Origin: Hydrurus foetidus
Lineage: Eukaryota
Direction: 5' to 3'
Assembly: GCA_900617105.1 (NCBI GenBank)
Contig: UYFQ01000327.1
Span: 62,001-87,940 of the forward strand
Length of the DNA: 25,940 nucleotides
The notes below the pieces were generated by a model. It ran no database searches. It worked only from the letters and a program-made list of their open reading frames with translations, and was not told where the DNA came from. Made by a program: the position numbers and the translations under genes. Below are positions 1 to 11,800 of the stretch, one piece after another (position 1 is the stretch's first letter; each line of letters starts with the position of its first letter).

Positions 1-3000
1 ATCAGCGATAGAGCGGCTACGAGAGACGCATGCATGGGGGAGATATCATACCATGTGCTCACTCTCCTTAACACGCTCTCAGCCATCTCCTCATGGTGCG
101 AAGCTATCAAAACAGTTCTGAAGGGAATTCTATCCGGATCTGCTGCTGTTGTAAGTGCCCCTGCATTGTGGTCATCCCTGAAGGGATTGGAGACCTTGGG
201 TGCGTCAGTTTTCTTAGGAGAGATCAGTGGTGGACCGTACTTAGGCGCTACTGCTGTGAGTCACTACAGCGTAGGTACGTGCCGTGTGCTCAGCATTCAC
301 AAGGCTATGAGCGTAGCTATCGTACTGGGGCTGGATAGCAGTCTGTCGAAAACACAGTTGAGCACTGTGAGACTCAGTGACCTCAGCAGCTTCCCACTGC
401 AACCCTCATTCGAACTGGACTCCACTCTCCTCTCTGGATGCATCGACTTATTGGACAGTCTGAGGGGCTCTGCAGTAGCAGCCGTCAGTGACCTCATGTG
501 TGCTCTAAAACCAGAACATCCGTACTTGCGTAACGTACTTCTGAGAATCCTGAGACCAACAGAGATCTTTGTGTTTCACCACATTCTAAGATGCCTGGCA
601 CGCTCAGGCAGTGGATTGAACTCTGTCAGTGAATTGCTGAGAGGAAAACATGAGTTGTTTCTTTTCATTCTACAGTCATGTGCTCGGACTCACTCTCTCC
701 CAACATTGAACTCTAAAGGCCTACCAGGCCTGCTGCATCAATCAGGCTACTCCTTGTCTATCCCACGGCTATGGGCAAGCAATGCGATGTTTGTATCTTC
801 CATTCCCAATACTGTCACTACAATAGATTACCCTGCTGAGAATTTTGACAGAACGTTCCTTGTACGTACTCGAGAATCTTCCGGAGAATGTTCTGGTGTG
901 GAGGTGGATCGGTTGGAAGGAGTGCAGGGTGCTTTGATTCAGAGGGGCATGCTACCAGAACTAATTATCAGCAACTCAAGCAGTGACGTGAAACGGTCTG
1001 ATTTGTGTGCTGCATCGTTTCTGGGCAGTAAGGGTACTATTCCATCCACTGAGTGGGGTTCTGCCTCGCCTACAGGATGCAGTTTGAGCACAAGTATTGC
1101 TCATCTATTTGGGACACCTGGCTGCGTCTCAACTAGTCTGCTTACAGCTGTTGGAGTGAAGACTACTGATGAGTTGGATGCGAGTGCCAATGCGTTTAAG
1201 TTGATGATGGCTCTGAGGGTGTCAATTATCAACAGCTCTCGACAACTCATCATCGATCACAATATACTGGATGCAGCCATTTTCCGCTCTTTATCCATGC
1301 CGTGGAAATTGCTGATGTGGTTCAGCTTTGCAAACCGCTTCTCCTCTTCGACTACATCTACATCTACACTTATCCCCTCTCCACACCGTCAAGATGTATC
1401 TCCTCTCACGAGTCACAACCCATCCGACCAAGAGGGTGTATTCTGTATATCTGGTGACAGCAACCATGCACTGCATGCACTTCAAGGTGCCATCACAGTC
1501 AGAGGAGTTGGCAGTTCGTTACTCACAGTGATGCTGTCCGATCTCTCCAAGACATACGAGGACGTCACCGAGTCAATCGCAGCTAACCTGCGCTTCTACC
1601 TTCTGTCTGTCAGAAGCACGGATGACTCTCTTGACACATGCGATCTCCTAAAGAAATTGCTATGCAGCGCGCAAGCATGGCTTAGAGCGCATGAAGACAA
1701 AGACAGTGAGCCTGACGTATGCTTCCGATTCCTAACAGTTCTTCTGCCTTCTTTATCGAAGGTCCAGAATCTAGAAACAAGTCAAGCACTTGTGAAGGTA
1801 CGTACGTCACAACTTTAAGCATGTCACAACTTCGAGCACATGTTGTATATTAGATAGTCCTGTCCTGTCGTACTTATAGCAGTTACAATCTTACACACTA
1901 GAGAGTGGAAGAGCAGAGGTCATTGACAAGATATGTCTCACACTCTAACACCATCCTATTTCCCTCTCTCTTCACTATAATTATTAGATATGTTGCCAAG
2001 CGATGCACCGCTTGCTCTGCAGTCTGTTGGGAGGGAAAGAGCCCTCAAGGGATCTGCTGAACCTAGCAAGCAGCAGTGCCTTCTCCTTGCTTCGCTGTGA
2101 AGCACAGAGAGAGCTGAGGAGGAGGAAGAGCTACACACACGCAGCTGTACCTCCATACGTGCGCTCTCTGTGCGACTTAGTATCCGGTCTTGAGGTTCTT
2201 CAACGAATGGGATCCACATTCAAGATGACGAGGAACGTACGTGTCACCAGCGACATCAGTTTCAGATCCGTGAACGGTTCTGCGTTTTACGGATCCAAGG
2301 CGGGGGCGGGTTTGGGACAATTGGAGTTTGGGTCCCCTGTTAGACCGGGCACGAGCTCAAGGCTACGGAAGGAATTCTCAGCTTCTAGTGTCACGACTAC
2401 TGTCAGCACCTCTGTTGTTACAGACGTATCGCAAGAGTCAGTGAAACACGTTCCTTGCACTGCTAGTCCAGTTCTTATCCGCACCCAGTCCTACTGCATC
2501 GAAGTCGACCTACAGCCCTGTGCTGCATCCGTGTTAGATGCTCTGCACAGTGTGACACTCACAGAGGCAGTCACCCCTAAAGGCAAAGAAATGGGAGCTG
2601 CGACAGGCATGGAGGGGTCTAGTAAGTCTCCTCAATTCGTATCATCCACGTCTACTTCAACTTCAAGTTTCCATTCTCCAAGAGCCAGCTCGAAGCACTC
2701 CCAACAGACAGCAACAGTATCAGCAATTGCAGAGTCTTATGGCACATCTATGCGAGCGCATGATGACGACATAGCTATCATCGAAGTTGCTATTGCAATA
2801 GGCGCAGCTAGCGATGACAATGATGACGGATGTCCCTTATTCGAAACCGTATACTGTGGCTCTGCCCTCCTATTCCGTCAAGTGGGACTATCCCCCAACA
2901 CTTCTTACCTGATACGATGTCGTGCTGCTGCGAGTGGTGTGGTGATGGACTGGAGCCCTTCAGTAGAGTTCATCACAGAGGCGGGTATCTCCTTCACCTT

Positions 3001-6000
3001 CGACCCCTTGAAGTGCGGACCTGACATAGTGCTAGCTGAGGACAATTTGAAGGCTTCCTACAGAGGAGACGACACTTGGAGCACTTTACTAGGAACACAG
3101 CCATTCTCTGCGGGTAAAGCGGGGTGGGAAATACGAGTGACGCACTCTTCGACTGCATACTTGTTCGTGGGTGTGGCCACTTCTGAAGCAGATTTGAACA
3201 CTTTTCTCGGTGGATGTAACAACGGTTGGGGATTCATAGGCGAACAAGCACTGTATCACAGCAGAGAAAATGTCAAGGGCTACGGAGAAGCTTTCAATGC
3301 TGGAGACTTCATAGGAGTGTCACTTGACTTTCACCTGGGCACTTTGTCATTCTCACGCAATGGGAAGTTACTCGGTGTGGCGTTCGATAAGATGTGTGGC
3401 GAGCTGTATCCTGCTGTTGCTTTCTATAATGTGGGGCAGGAGTTGGAGATCATCCCGGAGGGGTTCCGCACTTCGTGTTGTCAGGATGCCATTCAGTGCA
3501 CTCCAGCTAGATTGGACTTACACGGTACGCACGGGTCCTTATTGATGATAATTCTCTTGTTGCATGTACTGTCGTGGAGGTGTAGTGCGAACTCAGGAAA
3601 TCATGATCAATGCAATTATCGAACTAAACAGCAGCACATTGCATTGTACTGCATTGCATTGCATATCACTGTAGTGCACTATACTGCGTTGCATTGCTTT
3701 AGTTGCTATGCCATCAACAGCCGCAACGTACTCTCATCATCAATTCCTTTCCCCGTCTTACTAATTACGCTGTCCTTTTGACCCCTCCCCTTTTCCTTGT
3801 CTTTCCCTCGTCTTTCCCTTAGGTTTGTCCACCCTATACGAGACACACTTGTGCCTTGGATTTGGATCCATGGTACCTCCCCGCACCCTATCCGCTATTG
3901 CAGATCACTGCAACCAATGGTCAAACGGACATCAAATCAGAGTTAAAATACTTTCGGGAAGATACATTTTCATATCAACTGAGATTGATTGTGATTTGAT
4001 AAGGAGATATGGAATAGGTGTGGGTGAGCGAGTACGCACTCCCATTGGACTCGCGGAACTGAGGGGCGTAGCGTTCAACAGACTGTGGTTCACATTCACA
4101 GAAATTGGTTCCACTTGGTTCTTCAGTAATCATCAAATAAAAAGCGGGAGAGAACAGGGGTATTTTACTCGATGTTCGTACGAGTTAGAAGACGTACATA
4201 CACCGACACCACCCGTGCCTTCTGGTCTGAATTTCGATGTGTTTTCCCTTCAAGAAATCATGGATCCTGTTCGGTGGCCTGATGAGATTGATTCTGCTCT
4301 GGTGTCCTTTCTTGTGAAGCTAGCGGAGGCAGAGGGAGTGTCTGTGTGGTCCGTGACGTGTGACAAGGTGTCGCAGGAGTACAGGAGTCTGCAAAGTCAG
4401 TTGTCCCGTCTCATTATGAATGACTCCGCTCTGTCCCATCGATGGGGCATATCCGGGCCTAAAAGAAAAGCAGTCATCGCTAGACTAGGGCTTCTGAGAT
4501 ACGTCAATCATGAGTTGGATCTGTACTTACCCAGCCTGCTTGCAAGCGGTGAATCAACTCTAATAGTTGCTCCCGCAGCAGTTGAAGAAAAATACACACA
4601 TCCTGAGAAAAAAAATGACGACTTTTTCCCCGTCATAACTTCAATCAAAATAGCTGCTACTTCAATTAAAATAGCTGCTGGTTCCTCTAGTGGAGGACAG
4701 GATGTGGTTCAATCCTCCAGACAGTACGAGGAGCGTGGAGGTGGAAGTGGAGGTGTATGCAGTGTAGAGACGTGGAGAGGAGAAGGAGGAGGGAGTAGAT
4801 GCAATAGTGGGTGGGAATGTGATGAGGACCAATCAACGGATTCTCTCTTACCCTTCCCTGTAGCATCCCCTCTCATATCAACATCATGGCGCACCCTCGA
4901 CTTCTCCACTTTATGGACTGACGGGTCCGGTCTAATTCCAATATCAAAACACAGAATATTCCCTGACATTAAAATCGACAATTTCCGATCTTGTTTATCG
5001 CGATCTGGTGCAAGACCAACACGCACTGATGACGACTACGACTATCCTGATGACTTACCAACGGTCAAGATTAACCGCTTCAAGAGCTTCCGAGCGAAGG
5101 AAGCAGCAGAGCTGATGGGACTGTCAGGGGAAGATGTGTTCTCTTCTTCTTTGTTCTGTCAGTTGTGGATGGAGTTGAGGGAGGTGTCGAATGAGAAACT
5201 GAGGATGAGCTACTCGCACCCAATGGATGACGGTCAGTCCAGAACATTCAAGGTAACCTTCAATTCTATACTGTTCTCTTCAGTTGAGTTTATTTCTATT
5301 TATGCATGACTGAAGGACTGGACCATTGAATGAGCTCAATGCTTCGAGTTTGACATGCTTCACTTCCTCGATGCACTGTTATCACATCAACTCACACTAC
5401 AGATTATTACAGGCATCGCATTATCATGAACCTTCCTCTCACATTTCCACATCAATTCATTCTTTGCATTTCTTCTATTACCGCTCAGGTGAAGTTTGAA
5501 GGAGAGGGTGTGGACGACTATGGGGGGCCTTACAGAGAAGTTTTTCAACTGGTGTGTGACGAACTACAACTACCAGACCCATACAGTCTGCAGGAAAAAG
5601 CACTCGAATCAGGACAGAAAGAAAACAACTCAGAAGAGGATTCAGAAAAATCTCTTCGGGGATGTGTCAGAAACTTCCTCCCTCTACTCTTTCCTACCCC
5701 TAATTTCTCTTCCACTGATGAATGTGCTGAGCGATATAGGTACATGTTCCGTCCTGGTGACCTTTCTGACTTACACCTTGAACTATACGGGTTCTTAGGT
5801 CAACTTGTTGGAATTGCCGTGAGGTCAAAAATCACTCTGGACTTGGCATTGCCTTCTTATATTTGGAAGTGCGTGGCGAGAGAGGCTTTGTCGGAGAATG
5901 ATATTCATTCTTTTGATGCACCTGCTGCACGATTTATCACTAGACTTGCATCACTACATGACCGCCTGCAGGTGCTGAAGAGCAAGTCAAAAACAGTCCT

Positions 6001-7278
6001 GTCTCTCAATGCTCAGTTTCAGGGAGATGAAGATGCTGATCGTAGCGTGCGTAATGCAGCTGTCTCCAGCGGTAAAGAGATCAGCAGTCCTATCTATGGT
6101 GGGCGCAGCAACAAAGAGGTAGGGAAGAAAAGTGTTACTGCATCCCTTGGCTCTGAGAAGAGTGCAGCGAGGAGGAGTCAGACATCTAGGGATGGAAGTC
6201 TGAGAAGCGCAGGCAGTCCTACTGCGTCTCGTGTGCCATCGCTGACAGCGCCTGACTCATGTCCAAAGACAGACACTACCACCAACAGTCCTGTCAGGGA
6301 GGGAAGGTCAAGGGAAGGAGAGACACGAGGCTCAGGAGGGAAGAAGGGTACAGACATCACCGTGGAGTCTGTTACAATGGAAATACAGGACATACTGCAG
6401 GACATAGATTGGACGTACGTACGCAGCGATCAGCGTACATGCGAGTTGATTCAAGGGGGTCTCAATCGACCGGTCAAATTGGAGGACTTAGGACTTTACT
6501 TGCAGCTGTATGTGCAGGCGAGATTAAAGGAGGGTCACGCGGCTATACGAGCCTTCAGATCAGGTCTCAGCTCCATTGTGCCTGAGTCATCATTTACACT
6601 ATCGTCTTGGGAAGACGTACAACGCATTGTGTGTGGGTGTCGCACAGTGGACATTGATCGTCTTAGAGATAACACGGAGTATGACGAAGATGTAACAGCA
6701 CAAGATCAGCACGTACTTTACTTCTGGGAAATATTACACGAATTCTCAGAAGAGGAAAAAATACGGTTTTTGAAATTTGTGTGGGCCAGACCGACCCTTC
6801 CCCCTAAGGGAGTAGAATTCCTCCAGAAAATGAAAATTCAAAGTGCCATCGGGGATGAGGCCCAGGGCAAGCCAGACCACTATCTTCCTAAGGCACATAC
6901 TTGCTTTTTCTCCATCAACCTTCCCCGTTATTCGAGCAAGCAGGTACGTACGTTACTGAAGCTATGTATGATAGCTGTTCCTATCTGTTAGATTGTTACA
7001 TGGGATTATTCATATTTGTCCTTTGCGAGCAACAGTATGCAGTGACTCCTGAGACAGTTTAACTGACTAAGCACCGCTCGAAACAACTCTTTACTTGTTG
7101 ACTAATACCCTTCTCACTACATCTCACCATCGAGTAGCTTATGGCGGAGAAGCTGTTGTACGCGATAACGAACTGTATCGAGATGGACGCTGACTTCAAG
7201 CTAACCGAGCCGGACATCGTGGGGTGGACCCTTCCGTCCCAACAACCCTCTTGGTCGCACATGTACTCTGAAGACTGA
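1..7278 (+). CDS. Large HECT-type E3 ubiquitin ligase (FN3-like + SPRY/B30.2 + HERC1/2-like HECT), 5'-partial. Exons <1-1797, 1988-3524, 3823-5252, 5489-6943, 7138-7278
   Basis: Frame 1 is open from base 1. Four GT-AG introns (1798-1987, 3525-3822, 5253-5488, 6944-7137) join the ORFs in phase, giving 6360 nt or 2119 aa plus stop. HECT motifs are FKVKFEGEGVDDYGGPYRE (spanning intron 3), FLGQLVGIAVRS, FWEILHEFSEEEKIRFLKFVW and the catalytic LPKAHTCFFSINLPRYSS. The last exon, missing from the ORF track, reads LMAEKLLYAITNCIEMDADF...YSED*. Confidence 0.93.
2780..3455 (+). other. FN3-like segment followed by SPRY/B30.2 domain within the HECT ligase
   Basis: FETVYCG...VGLSPNTSYLIRCRA...WSPSVEFIT resembles FN3 C-terminal strands. 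FTFDP..CGPDIVL, FSAGKAGWEIRV, LFVGVAT, GWGFIG, YGEAFNAGDFIGVSLDFHLGTLSFSRNGKLLGVAF and LYPAVAFY are typical SPRY motifs. Boundaries are approximate. Confidence 0.85.
3634..3697 (+). repeat. Degenerate (CATTG)n pentanucleotide repeat in intron 2 of the HECT gene
   Basis: gcacattgcattgtactgcattgcattgcatatcactgtagtgcactatactgcgttgcattgc. Confidence 0.75.
4638..4679 (+). repeat. In-frame 21-bp tandem duplication (TSIKIAA x2)
   Basis: acttcaatcaaaatagctgct followed by acttcaattaaaatagctgct; 20/21 identical and the one difference is synonymous. Confidence 0.9.
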
Positions 7279-7385
7279 GACGGATTGATCGGAGATTGAT
7301 TGGGGGGAGGGGAGGGGTCCAGGATAGGTTGTGGAGTACAGTTGCACTGTTATGTGCAACAGTGCATGATCAGACATACTGAGCG

Positions 7386-7462
7386 ATACACAGACGTACA
7401 CATACACACGAACATACATATATACAGACATACATACATACACGCATACCCACATACATACA
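7386..7462 (+). repeat. Degenerate (ACAT/ACAC)n microsatellite in the probable 3' UTR
   Basis: ...catacacacgaacatacatatatacagacatacatacatacacgcatacccacatacataca. Confidence 0.8.
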
Positions 7463-8268
7463 GAATATTAGCGCAGAGTAGTGAGACGTGGAGCTGATGA
7501 GCAAGTCCATATTCTGTTTGTGCGCTCATTACATCCAGAGTCACACTGCTTAGCCCTCCAGGGAAAGCATACCCGTGACACTTACATAGCTCAAGAGACA
7601 CTTTTAACAGCTCAAGCAGCAAGGGGCATCAGTTAGCATTTATGCGATCATTTGATTTTACCTTGAAAGTAGAATCTTGGTCGACCTAGTTGCTTAACAG
7701 CATGCAATTTAGCACACATACGTACATTATAAGTAGCGGTCACGCTCATCAACTAGAATTCAAATCAAATCAAGAAATAACAAGCAAGTATTGTAGGAAG
7801 TCGCGTGTACAAGTGTTACAATTACATTTATTGTATTTTAGTCGATAATATTTTCTCAATCTAGTAGCAGAGTCTACTGGGTGGTTACAAACCCTGCCAT
7901 GCCCTTACAACACTAAATTACACACTTCCATGATAATGTAAATGATGATTTTCTTTCTTCTTGAGACGCTTCAACAGCTTTAAATCTTTCCAGCGGAAAT
8001 ACGAAGCGGCTACTGCAGCGGAGATCTCAGTCTATTCTGAAAGGAGATCTATGGATCGATCATATATTGCTAATCGAATCCAGAATGTTGACCTACATCC
8101 AGCGGTCGAAGCAGTGGTATGAACAAAATTTAAGGTAATGGAAAGTGACCCGCACAATATAAAAAGAAGTGATGTTCAGTTGATTTTTGAAGACATTCAA
8201 AATTCCACGATTGTGAAGCTGGTTCAGCGGGGCGTCTAGAATCTTTCTTATTGAGAATCGTGTACAGA

Positions 8269-8287
8269 ACACTGTACAGTGTACGGT
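8269..8287. promoter_or_regulatory. 14-bp perfect palindrome ACACTGTACAGTGT, candidate cis-element upstream of ECM29
   Basis: Perfect palindrome at 8269-8282. TACAGTGTAC(G/A)GT recurs at 17235-17247 upstream of RCC2. Function is inferred only. Confidence 0.35.
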
Positions 8288-8832
8288 ATGAAGTATGAGT
8301 ATTGGTTGAGAACGAAGTACCTCTCGTGGCGAGCGAGGCAGATAATGTGCGATTCTACAACGCGCACAAGGAACCTACGTATTTAATGTGGGCGGTACTT
8401 TGTGACGTACCAAGTGGGGGATAAACTTAAAAAGTAACGTACGACACATATGACACGTATTTCCCTGCAATTCTGGCGTCATATTATTTGACTTTTCTTA
8501 TGTAGAGATGGAACCACCATACGGTTTATCCCCCAATTTTTCGTTCTTCCGTACGGATAGTCAAAAACAACGTATGCTGTATGCTGCGTCCATCTCACAT
8601 CTCTCGATCTCACAGGAATGCGTTCCCGGTTCAAGAAACTTCTTGAGACGTTGACGACTCGACTTTGTTCTGTGTCGCGCTTCGTTCACAGAGGCTTCTA
8701 CTTTTATCGAAATTACAAGTCTATTCGAGTCACTGATATGATTAAGGCACATACCCCAATCAGTTATCTGCTCTCTTTGAGGGCTCTTCGAAATCGAATC
8801 GCAAATTAAATCGCAGTAAAGACCTGAGCATC

Positions 8833-11800
8833 ATGGATATTCGAAGTGAATTGGCATCGCTTCAGCGTATTGGTGATAGATTGGCGTCGACGTCTAACGA
8901 AGACTTACAAAAAGTTCTTCAAACTCTGTTGCCGAAATTGTTGCCGTTATCAAACACCGATGAATTGCGCGACAAGCAGGTCATTCCAATACTTATGCAA
9001 GTGCTGAAACGTATAAAGCAATTACAGACACCACTGCCGATGGAGATGCTGATTGGTCTCATTCGACCCGATATGCTACCCTACTGCTGCAATCTGTCAA
9101 CTGTATTCGTGGATGCTGGAACAAAGTGGCATCGAAGTGAACAATGGAGTACTTGTGCAAAGCCGTTGCTGGTAGTCTTGGGCAACTTCGTAGCCTTCTC
9201 TTCTCAATCGAACGCATTATGTTATTATGCCCTTTTTTGTCTACGATCTTTTTCTACTGAAGTGACATCCGAGTCTAATGCAGAAGCGATGATTGTCCTC
9301 GGGGACTGGTTAATCGACTTCTCGATCGCTCAACCAGGCATCGTAAAAGACTCCGCAGGCTCTATACAGCCTGGACTATCTGTGGAGCGGTTAGGCCGTA
9401 TAGTTTCGAAGAAGCCAGACTGGAGTGCTACGGATATGAAGCAATTCAAAATGAATCTCGTTGACAGCTTATCTAAACCCTGGCTTCCCACCCCTTGTTC
9501 AATCGGTATTGCGATAATTCTATCATGTGATTCGGACTCTGATGTGGCGCTTCAAGCTGTATTCAAGATGAATGGTGCGCGCAGCATTTTTCCGGACATA
9601 AATGCCAATCCTTATCCAGTGTTGAACCTACTACTGACACTATGTCTACCGCTGACGCAAGCGATGCAAAGCAGTCATGCGAGTCCTTACGTCCGTCATC
9701 GCACGGCCTTAAGAATCACTGTGAAATGTGCAATACTCCGATGGATCTGCAAAGAAATGCAAGAGACTTTAATTGTAGCCGCAAAGAATGTCATTCAGCT
9801 TGTTGTTACAGAAATTTTGAAACCATCTGATGGAGGAGTTGATGATATGACATACTCCTCGCTGGTAATGGAGATGACTGCTTTGCTAACTGAAAGAATG
9901 CCTGATGAGGCTCTAGGAAGAGTAGCTGCCTTGTTGCTTCAATGTGTGAAGAAAGTGCTGCAGCCCTTCTCATCGTTTTTATCGTCCAGCTCTGCCTCTT
10001 CCAGTGACTCCGAAGCTGGTACGTCACAGGGCTATTCGACGCACATCCACTGAGTATCTGGTCATATTAATTATTATGACAGGAATAACGACAATTCACT
10101 GATTATATCTGACAGGTATATCCACGAGAGAAAGCTGCTACAGGGTCGTAGATAAAATTGCCCGGAGTTGCCCGTTAGTCGCATCAGCCGATGCGGAGCT
10201 GCTTGTGCTACTGTTTGGTTTACTAGACTTCGAGGTGCTGACTTTAATGACGTGTATGACCGCACATGATTTCTAACTTAAGCATCTCTTTTGATAAGTG
10301 AAATTACATCTGGCTGACAGGACAACAGGGCGATCATTCGTCTGTACACGGCACTGGGTGGACTGAGACTGGCTTACACATGCCCCAATTTGAAAGCTGA
10401 CGGTAAGGGCACGACTGTAATAGTCAATATTTATCCATTCTTATCAAAAGTGGAGTGTGGTAGCACTGCTGTTAATAAGTACTGCATGTGACTTTTTCCC
10501 ATGAATGAATCGATGTAGGGGTGACTCCCGGAAGAATAGTGCACTCTTCATTGGGTGAGTTGATATCAAGAACTCGGACATCTTCCGAGCCTAAGAAGCG
10601 GCTAGCCGGTGTGCAGTGGGCGAGAGCTCTCTTCAACTGGTCCCCTCTAGTGCTGGAAACACTCATGCTCCTCGCAGGTGATGTTGACTGTTATCAGATA
10701 TTGATGGATAAGTGTCAGTACTCTTTACAGCTCTCTAACTCCCTCCCATCATCCTACTATTTCCAAACTTCTTCCTCCTAAAAGACGATTCGAATGAATC
10801 TGTTGCACAAGCTGTCGCAGTAGAATTTGCATCACTGAGGACCACCGTATATGCATGCGGGATGGACACTGCATCAGTACCTAATCACACCGAACATCAT
10901 GTCGGTGTCGATGTGGATGCTGTGGGTAGTAGCGATGATCCTCCTAGCACACAAGAGGAGAGGATCATGAACCCACTCAGCGACATTCTAGATCTTCTGT
11001 CATCACCGCTACTCTTCTATCCTGTGGCGCCTCCCCTCAAGAATGACGTACGAGCATCAGAAAGTGACGTGTCTGACGACTGCCGCAGACTTCGTCCAAT
11101 CGCCACTGAAGAGCTTCTGCACACCGCTGCAACAGGCATCATGCGGCTGGTTGAGTCCTATCGCGGCTACAGCTTCTACGCACAGCACTTCCTCCAATCC
11201 GATCCCTGGCCCACCACTTCCTCAAAACATCTTGAATCCTTTGATAGTCTGCGATTAAATGCGGTCGTTAATGCGAAGCAACTGTGCTCCCTGATTAGCA
11301 CTATCGGGACGATACTGACAGCAGACTCTTCAGCAAAAATTTCCAACTCTGCCTCAGGCCTGAATACAACAGGAGCGAAGGGGGCTCTGTGGAGCAGACT
11401 GGCATTGGAGGCAGCAGTGAAGACCTCTCAGGTCAGAGGCATCCTCACTGCAGCCGTGGACACGCTTCATAAAAGCCTCCTCATCAGCAGTGATGAGGAA
11501 GTCCTAGAAGCCTCACGCAAGCTGCTTCCTCAGCTGCTCTCATGCCTCTCAAATTGCTACAGCGATGCGTCGGACCCCCTCTGTCTGTCCTTCTCATCTG
11601 ACGATGTGTTGAATCATGGACAACTGAGCAGCCAGCAGCATACTAGGATATTTACTGTTAAAGATGGCTTGACTGCAGCACGGGGAACTGGATCGTTTAG
11701 AAACAATCTAGCACAAACATTAGCACTGAGCTGCCAAAATGCGAGTGATAACTACATACAGAATTTAAGACGAGTGCTCACCCACAAGCTGTCGAAGAGA

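Noticed and set aside
7198..7278. C-terminal extension after the HECT DADF motif
   Set aside because: HERC1/HERC2-type HECT domains also carry tails beyond this position, so it is not unusual.
7942..8040. Possible C/D-box snoRNA (ATGATGA at 7942 ... CTGA at 8037)
   Set aside because: No terminal stem and no rRNA-complementary guide I can recognise, and such short boxes occur by chance. A snoscan or Infernal search would settle it.
8561..8809. Short ORFs just upstream of ECM29
   Set aside because: Both are 63 aa, overlap on opposite strands and have no motifs; most likely promoter or 5' UTR sequence.
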